Source of the DNA: Eledone cirrhosa
Lineage: Eukaryota
Length of the DNA stretch: 64,000 nt
NCBI GenBank assembly: GCA_964016885.1
Contig: OZ024741.1
Coordinates: 293,756,001-293,820,000 of the forward strand
Direction of reading: 5' to 3'
Of the stretch, positions 55,072-64,000 are shown in pieces (position 1 is the stretch's first letter; the number at the start of each line of letters is the position of its first letter). The position numbers and the translations under genes were made by a program. Below the pieces are notes generated by a model, which was not told the DNA's origin, did no database searches, and saw only the letters and a program-made list of their open reading frames with translations.

Positions 55072-55849
55072 TTTTCTATATTAAATATATATATAAACTC
55101 ATGCAAGCGTGGAACACAGACGTTAAACGTTGATGATGATGATGATGATGATATATATAGATATATACCAGAAGCCTAACATTATTTGTGTAAGCGGTCA
55201 GTACTTGATTTAGGAGTCGCAGAAACCCAAATGGTGGATTTTACCAACTATCCAGGGGTCCGGGTATATTTTTTCAATCACATATATTTTTATTTGTTTG
55301 ACCCGAATTACTTGGTCGTTTTTGTGGTTGTGCGGATGATTGTTTAACCATCATATCAGTGTGTTTGGCCTTTAACGTATGTTGTAGCTCTGGTTCATCT
55401 GAATCATTGAGCGCTTGCCACACATCTCGGAAGTTGTTTTTCGTTAATTCCTAAGCCGAAATACGATTCTCACTAATTTATATTTATATATATATATATA
55501 TATATATACACAATGAAGTTTGCTACTGTAACATGTAAACCAGTTAGTAAAATATATATGCTAATATAATCATCAGCACAGATCTTTAGCAAACAAAAAT
55601 ATATCAGGCAATATAATTATAGAATTTAGCAAGAAAAACTTCCTTCTTTTAGTTTAAATCTAGGAATCTGAATTAAGAAAAATATATTAACAGAGGGTAG
55701 AAAAACTCGGGGAAAATGTAAATTAGATTAATTTAATTTAGTTAATGAGATATATTATTATTGTTTGTTTTTCCTTTTCCTTCAGTTTTGTTTCCATTTC
55801 TTGCTGATCTACTTCTTCTTCTTCTTCTTCTTCTCATCATCACCATCGT

Positions 55850-55911
<62 letters not shown>
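55850..55911. repeat. (CTA)n microsatellite
   Basis: Direct. Confidence 0.95.
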
Positions 55912-56322
55912 GTATTATCATTATTATTCTTTGTATGATGAAAGCTTTACGAAAATGTGTTATGAGCACCATTGTTTTTTGGTTTGTTTTATTTAAGGGC
56001 AAGAAAATGTTACAAAGAAAGTAGACTTAATGAAAGAAGTTGTCGATAATGAAAGCACAAGTCAAGTTTACACATGACTTGAAAGATGTTTTAGATTAGA
56101 TAAATTAGGAAGATTTTTTCTTTGATTTGCATAGAAACAAATGAAATCTATCTATAACGTTAAAATTAATATTGATTTCTAATATAGAAACAAGGCCTCA
56201 AATTTGAGGAAAGTGTTTATATATACATATAAGATAGTAGTTGAACAGTTTATTTCACAACATGGTTGCAGCTTCTGTCACACTGTGTGTCATGTTGATC
56301 ATGTGTTTTCTTGTTGAAGAAT

Positions 56323-56375
56323 GTCATGTTACTCTGGGGTTTCACCTGCACACATGCAGGATCTTCAGACAAGAC
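56323..56375 (-). ncRNA. Type I hammerhead (left arm of palindrome)
   Basis: Minus: GTCTTGT-CTGAAGA-T CCTGCA TGTG TGCAGG T-GAAA-CCCCAGAG-TA-ACATGAC. Confidence 0.8.
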
Positions 56376-56379
56376 ATGT

Positions 56380-56432
56380 GTCTTGTCTGAAGATCCTGTG
56401 TGTGCACAGATGAAACTCCAGGGTAACAAGAC
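56380..56432 (+). ncRNA. Type I hammerhead (right arm of palindrome)
   Basis: GTCTTGT/ACAAGAC stem I, CTGAAGA, CTGTG/CACAG stem II, GAAA, GUA triplet. Confidence 0.82.
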
Positions 56433-56524
56433 TCACTACTTTTCTATAATAAATATTTAAACCCTACTTTGGTATTGAGTAATCTTTGCTCTCTTCTCTC
56501 AGCTACATACACACACACAATATA

Positions 56525-56649
56525 TAAGCCAGAATCAGTTCCCCTATGAGCAAGACAAGGTCAGCCGACCGGACACTATCCACAACAGGACAACCAGTCT
56601 AACCCATGCTATCGTGGAAGAACAGACGTAAAACAGTGATGATGATGAT
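56525..56649 (+). mobile_element. RTE-A tail fragment
   Basis: AAGCCAGAATCAGTTCC..GAT tail. Confidence 0.8.
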
Positions 56650-59265
56650 ATATATATTCAAATATTGGAATGATGAAAAGCAAAATTGTCCCCAGTGGGA
56701 ATTTTTAACTTAGAACCTAACAACCTAACAAGCTGACAAATTTGTAAAGCTGTTATAGCATCAGATTAAGTACTTGGCAATATTTCTTCTTGCTTTCTAA
56801 CTTGTGTCTCCCATCAACAGAAACCTCTCATGAAATACAACCTTTCTTGAGGCTAATGAAACCTGTTCAAGTGTAAGCTGTAACTACTGTACACTGAAAG
56901 GCCAGGTATCAGATTAGGTTTAAGATTTTAATATAAATGCTATCAGATATTGAAAACAAGTTGAATGAGAAAATTACAACAGGAATGAATACAGCACACT
57001 TGGTCGAACAGAACACAATATTAATGGCTCAGTGTTTAGAATGTTAGAAAAGGTAGTATGTTGTGTTTTTGACCAAGACTCTTCACATTACATTACTTTC
57101 CATAATAAGATTACAGCCTTATCTTTAAAACACCCCAAAAGCCTCCTATGAGTTGCAAACCTGCTGGAGGCTAGCTAAATCTGCATATGTGTAAGCTGTA
57201 AGTTTTGATTTTCAGACCATTAACTCTCTAGAAATCTCTCAGAACCCAGCATTATAGTTGTGATGAGGTGAGTAAATGATGTCTTTAAAAAAGCTGTGTT
57301 TGCAGATCTGAGAGAATTACCAAATTGGTGATTAGTGCAGAGATGTCCACTTAAAACTGCAATATGGTTAGATTCAATAAAAGCATAATTCTTAGTCAGT
57401 GTCATAATGGCAGTGTTTTATGAGACTGGAACCTTTGAGAAAAGTCCTGTGCATACTAACTAAGCAATTATAAAAAGAACATGATAAAACATAAAACAAC
57501 TTACTCTTGGGTCTTGAATAATCGTTCCCACCCCCACTTACTAGTTTTTCAGATTTTTTCCAAACAACCACCGCCCTGTCTCACCACTTATTAGATTTTG
57601 CTAATCTATCTCTGGCAAAATTTTATTTTAAGTGGTAGCATTCCTGCGACAATTCTCTTGATGCAATAAAAAGCATTATACATAACAAAAAAAGGACATT
57701 ACTAGAAATCCCATATATTATAAAATAAATAGGATGGGTTGGGGTTTCCATATGTAAACTAAACGACTAATTCTGGTTTTTAAAAAAATCAACGGATATT
57801 TTTCACTCCACTGCTTATTCCAATAACTCCTCTTATTCCAACCATCTGCTTATCTCATCCCCCATAATAATATATTATCACCATCATCATCATGATCATC
57901 ACTATCCCCATCATTAGGATTAATTTTGTTATCATCACAGTCATGAACATCAAGATAAATAAATATAAATATATAAAACAAGAACTACAACAACAATGAC
58001 TAACATGACCATATGTTAACAACTCCAGTTTTTGTAGTTCAGATGTAAAAATAAATATTGGAATGAAATAATTAAAAAATTTATTACATAATGTTGAAAT
58101 AAAATAGAAGTAAATTGAAATTCAAAAGCAATTTTAAATCAAAGTTTAATATCTTGTTTGTATTGTAAAAGAATAAATATCCTTCTGTATTAGTGTGTAT
58201 TTCGATATGTATGTGAGTGCATGTATGTACGTATATGTGCATTTATGTGCATATATGTGATATGTGTGTGTATGTTTATATGCATGCATTATGTGTGTAT
58301 GTATGTTTGTATGTATGTGTATATGTATGTATATGTTTGCATATGTATATGCTTGCATATGTATATGTTTGCATATGTATATGCTGCTTGCATATGTATG
58401 CATGCATATGTGAGCATCTAAGTATATATATATATGCTCACATATTTATATATACACACAAATGCACACACACAGACGTTTGTGTGCATTATTGGATATA
58501 TGTGTCTATGTGTGCATGAATTTGTGTACTTTGTGATGTGTATATATTAATCTCTATTTATCTCCACCCTCTCACCCCCTTCATCCGTGTTTATATACAT
58601 ATATAGCCATTGTATATCATATTGAAGTATATATGCATTTATGTATATATGAGTCTGGTCATAGTATTGTGTATCTATACTACTAGGTGGCTATGTTTAA
58701 GCCCAGGCATATGTATGTATGTATGTTTGTCTGTATTAATGACTGTATGTACACACGTGTGTGTGTGCATATTTGTTGAAGAGTGTATGTATATGTAAGG
58801 AACACGTACAAGCTATTATCTGTGTGTTTTTGTATTTCACATACACATGTCCAAATGAAGGTTAAGTACATTCTCCATTCTCCCCTTCCTTACTACCTAT
58901 TTGCTCTCTATCTCTTTAAATTGCATAGACATCGTCTTAAGTAAATATCTTGAGGAATCTTGATGGATTTTTATCACTTATCAGCAACATTTTTTTTATA
59001 TGAAACACAGAAAACCTTTGTATCAGTGATTTAATTCATTGAGAATTATTGATTTGGTAAACATGGCTCCTGAATGAAAGGTGGCAAGTTGGCTTAATCA
59101 TTAGAACATTAGATTGAATACCTTAAAGTATTTGTTCAGATTATCTCTGCTCTCATTTCAAATCTTGCTATGATCAACTTTGCTTTTCATCCTTTTGGGC
59201 AAATAAATGAAGTACTAGTTTAATGTGGACATGGGCAAATTTGCTTGAGCATCAGAGTGGCACAT

Positions 59266-59592
59266 GGAGGCACATGGCTTAGTGGTTAGAGCATTGGCCT
59301 TGCAATCGAAACGCTGTGAGTTCAATTCTCAGACCGGGTGATGTGTTGTTTCCTTGAGCAAGACACTTTATTTCACATTGCTCGAGTTTACTCACTGAGG
59401 TCCCTATCATTCCACTGCAAAGTGGTTGTGGAGGTGCCATGGCAAAAAAGCACCCAGCACTCACTGTAAATGAGGTTGGTGTTCGGAAGGGCATCCAGCT
59501 GTAGAAATCAAGCCAGAATCAGTTCCCGTCCCACCCTTGCAAGCAGGTAAAAGCGGACGTAAAATGAAATGAAATGAAAATGAAATGAAAAT
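59266..59592 (+). mobile_element. SINE family 2 with RTE-B tail and (GAAAT)n end
   Basis: Near identical to 8499-8830. Confidence 0.88.
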
Positions 59593-59659
59593 CAGAGTGG
59601 ATGCCTTACAGTATCTGATCTCTCCTCATTTTGTGAATTTTTATGTTTAAGTCTCACCT

Positions 59660-60000
59660 CTTTCATCATCCTCACAACCGTTTAATGTCAATTTTCTTAT
59701 GCTAGCATGGGATAGATGAATTGTCCAATTGTGAGACAAATCAGATCAGATGACCATGTCTTTCTCACATAGAACTGTTTCTGATTTGATTTCTATGGCT
59801 GGATGCCCTATCTAATGCCAACCACATTTACAGTGTGGACTGGGTGCTTTTTGTCATGTCACCAATATGACCACTTTACAGGGTGGACTGGGAGCCTTTT
59901 ATTTGTCACTAACACAACCACTTTTCAGGCTGGACTAGCTGCTTTTTGTTGTGTCACCAGCATGATCATCTTACAGAGTGAGTTGGGTGCTTTCTGCCAA
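59660..60000 (-). mobile_element. Diverged RTE-A 3'UTR
   Basis: Repeated TTACAG-GTGGACTGGG units. Confidence 0.7.
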
Positions 60001-60704
60001 AATGGTGACATGATAGGACTAAGGCCTTTATCATTAAAATGCTCCAAGAGAGTACCTATGATATGTTATACTAAAATGGATCAATCTTAGTTTTAGCAAT
60101 GCCTTTTTTTCCCTGTTGTTCAATCAATGGAGTAACCTACTCATTGAATGAACATGTCCACAACTGGGTATTCTGCAGACACATTTCTTTGATGAAATTC
60201 ACAAGAAGATTCAGGGTGACAATATGAAAATGCTGCTTCTTTGAATTAAGGTATGCTCCATCAAACAGACTTTCTAACAGTTTACATAATCTCCCCAATC
60301 TAGCTCAAACATGTTGGGTCCACCAAAGATTATAGTAAAAAAAAAAAAATCACAAGGATGCAACACTCAGAACCTCATGGTTGTGAAGAAAACTTTTTTA
60401 ACCATTCAAGCATGTTATGTCCATGTGTTACAGTATCAGGTGTCAGTTACCTATGAGTATATATTGTGTACAGCAGCAAATTGCCAGGCTCATTAGAATG
60501 CTTTCATTACAGCTCTCCTGACAAAATCAATTTTGCTTATTTCATTTTTCTGTGGTCGATAAATAAAGTAAGTCAAGTACTGGGTCGATTCTACTAATAT
60601 ATATATTTCTCACTAGCTTTCTTCTCACAAAGAAATTTTCTGTTCGAGACCTGAAGAGAAAAGGACAGCACCAGGTTTAAATGCCCAAGCAACTCTACTA
60701 AAAA

Positions 60705-60990
60705 GGTCTAAAGTCTGTCTCAGGCCTGGAGGTGTATCAAGCTGGTACTTATCCTGGCTTCTGTGGTGTTAATCAACTGAGAGTACAAGATCCACACTGC
60801 TGCACAGGACACCAATCCGTCACAGGGTTAAACCTCTAGCTACTGCTGGTACTCATTTTCAGCTAAATATACTGGAGCAACATGATCTAAAGTGTTTTGC
60901 TCAAGAACTCAAAACACAACTCAGTCAAGGAATTGAACCCATGACATTATGACCATAAATCCAACACACATACCACTAGGTCACACACCA
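60705..60990 (-). mobile_element. SINE family 3
   Basis: Matches 24275 and 50965 copies. Confidence 0.8.
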
Positions 60991-61138
60991 CTACTGAACA
61001 CACTTTGGAAAGGCATTTACTCTTGGCAGTCAGATGAGTCATGGATATGTATGATACCTAAATTTGCCCCTAGAGAGCTGTACCCTTGTTAGAGATGTAT
61101 CATTTCATAACTTTTCTATGCATTTGTTTTTCATATCA

Positions 61139-61254
61139 ACAGGGTGTCTCCCCCAAAATATACACACACTTTAAATGACAGTAAATGCATTGATTATTGA
61201 GTCAGAAAAAATATTAATGGCTATGGGGAGTAATTTTTTGGTGGACACCTTGTA
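61139..61254. mobile_element. Possible short Tc1/mariner MITE
   Basis: ACAGGGTGTC...GACACCTTGTA ends. Confidence 0.4.
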
Positions 61255-61556
61255 TTTTGTTCTCAATCGATTCATATATAAACCTCCACCATTTATTTAA
61301 TTTCTTATTCTAATGTCCACTTTATTCAACACTTTTATGGCTGATGAAAAAATGAAGCAAATGATAATAATGTTGTTATTATTAATGATTCATTTTTTTA
61401 TTTTCACGATTACTTTAAAGACAAGTCAGTCTTTCTTTTGCAGATTTGTGCAAATTGGCTTGTTCATTTTCTAATAAATTTGTCATCACGCCTTATAGCT
61501 AACTCACTTCTTATAAATAATTCAGTATTATGTTATATATATATATATACACACAT

Positions 61557-61614
<58 letters not shown>

Positions 61615-61826
61615 ATATATATGTATGTGTGTATGTGTATGTGTATGTATATATGTGTGTGTATATGTGTGAGTGAGTGACTTGTGAAATACCAAACCCA
61701 GCATCAATTCATTGAAGTGTGTCGGACGGAGAGTAGCTGATGGGCAGTATGGCAGCAAATATTGGCCATATATGTATATATGTATATATATATGTATATA
61801 TATAAATATATGTATATATATATATG

Positions 61827-61865
<39 letters not shown>

Positions 61866-62689
61866 ATACTTGGGGAGGGTCATATTTGTGTAATAATATT
61901 GCCAGAATTAATAACAGAACACACTCACTGTTTGGTTGGTTTTCGCTTCTGTGTCTTTTATATATATATATTATTAAAAAGGAAAAGAAAATACTGACAA
62001 ATTTTTCCAAGTGAAAAATAATTTCATTAGGAATAAGTATTAGTTAGTATTCAGTTTTAGTTTTAAGCTTTTACCGGTTGCGCATTTCTAATGCTTTTCA
62101 AAAATAATTTTGAGATAGAGCGCTCGTGATTTTTGCTCTAATCTGATCAGTTTTGGAAATCCCTCCTGTTTTATGTGAAAAACATGGCTTGGGAGGTATT
62201 AAGATTTGGTTGGTTGTTGAATGTCATGTGAATAAGCACTATAAATTTCGCGCCAATTCGTGTTGCAAAAATTCTTGTCGTCAAAACAATTTTGATTGGT
62301 CGGTAGAAGTCACGTGAATGTTAAAATTGATTTTAGCGCGAACTGGTTTCGCACCAAATGTAGGTTTGTCGAAGAGTGTCCTTTTCCGCTTGATTGAGTT
62401 GCAGTCATGTTGACCTTTCAACATGACTGCAACTCACACACGTACACACACATCCCTACTGACGATTATCACAACAATGAACCACTTTACTACACACACA
62501 CACACATATTTGTCTTAATAGACATATTTTTCAGTGACTTCTCAACATGACTGCAACTCAATCAAGCAGAAAAGGACACTCTTCGACAAACCTACACGCA
62601 TGCACACACAGACACACACACACACACATATAAATAGATACATACCCACACATACACACATACACAGACATATTTATATATACATACAT

Positions 62690-63137
62690 GAAGGCACATG
62701 GCTTAGTGGTTAGAGCATTGGACTTGCAATCGAAAGGTTGTGAGTTCAATTCTTGGACCGGGTGATGTGTTGTTTCCTTGAGTAAGACACTTTATTTCAC
62801 ATTGCTCCAGTTTACTCAGCTGTAGAAATGAGATGATAGGACTGGGGTCCTTTCTATTCCACTGCAAAGTGGTCGTAGATGTGCCACGGCAAAAAAGCAC
62901 CCAGCCCACACTGTAAAGTGGACGTGTAGGCACCACAGAGAAAAAGCACCCAGCACTCACTATAAATGAGGTTGATGTTAGGAAGGGCATCCAGCTGTAG
63001 AAATCAAGCCAGAATCGGTTCCCGTATGAGCAAGACAAGGTCAGCCGACCAGACATTGCTCACAGCAGGACAACCCGTCTAACTCATGCTAGCGTGGAAG
63101 AATGGACGTAAATGGTGATGATGATGATGATGATGAT
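62690..63137 (+). mobile_element. SINE family 2 with complete RTE-A tail
   Basis: tRNA-like head, core, and 3'UTR matching 9895-10167; (GAT)n. Confidence 0.9.
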
Positions 63138-63289
63138 ATAATGTATTTTCAAACTATATTACTCAGAGACATTATTAAAAACCAATAAATTCCTCCTACT
63201 ATTGATCTCAATAGCAGGACAGATTCTGAATAATTAATTTGTAAATTTCTAGTGTAATAGAAAAAAAAGCACTTAAAATCTATATCATG

Positions 63290-64000
63290 ATCATCCTTAT
63301 CTCCATCTACATCCTTATCATCATTATCAACATTATCACTACATTCTTCTTACACCATCCTCATAATCATTATCACCATTCTTATCATCGCTATCTCTAT
63401 CACTATCATCATCATCATTATCACTATCCTCATAATTATCATCATCTACATCCTCATCATTCTGATCTACATCCTCATCATTCTGATCCCCATCCTCATC
63501 ATTATTATCACCATCCTTATCATTATCTCCCTCATAATCATTATCACCATCCTCATAATTATTATCATCATCTACATCCTCATCATCTTTATCCCCATCC
63601 TCATCATTATTATCATCAGGTACAAACTCATCATTATTATCCCCATCCTTATCATTGTTATCTCCATCTACATCCTCATCATCATTATTACCATCCTTAT
63701 CATCTTTATTACCATCCTTATCATCGTTATTACCATCCTCATCATCATTATTACCATCCTTATCATCTTTATTACCATCCTCATCATCATTATTACCATC
63801 CTTATCATCATTATTACCATCCTTATCATCTTTATTACCATCCTCATCATCATTATTACCATCCTTATCATCTTTATTACCATCCTCATCATCATTATTA
63901 CCATCCTTATCATCATTATTACCATCCTTATCATCTTTATTACCATCCTCATCATCATTATTACCATCCTTATCATCATTATTACCATCCTTATCATCAT
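63290..64000. repeat. 21-bp minisatellite (ATCATCATTATTACCATCCTY)
   Basis: Regular units from ~63670, degenerate to the left; runs off the window. Confidence 0.92.

Noticed and set aside
62459-62492. CTGACGA hammerhead candidate
   Set aside because: GAAC instead of GAAA and no supporting stems
63668-64000. MMIRMVI repeat protein
   Set aside because: Translation of the 21-bp minisatellite

Overview
AT-rich, repeat-saturated eukaryotic DNA with no clear host protein-coding gene. The repeat families suggest an octopus/coleoid intron or intergenic region (inference). Most ORF-track entries are translations of (TA)n/(CA)n/(ATC)n microsatellites. Real coding remnants all come from transposons: RTE-clade LINEs, a cluster of R4/Dong-like RLE LINEs at (TAA)n, Penelope-like elements (PLEs), CRE-like and Vingi-like 3' ends, and two Tc1/mariner relics. 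There are also many tRNA-derived SINEs. The standout signal is about nine type I hammerhead ribozyme (HHR) motifs, read directly from the sequence. Several form head-to-head palindromic pairs, several have a 1-bp stem III with a palindromic loop (dimer type), and several are tiny solo inserts in (TA)n arrays. Coordinates of degenerate repeats are approximate; family names are from motif recognition, not database searches.
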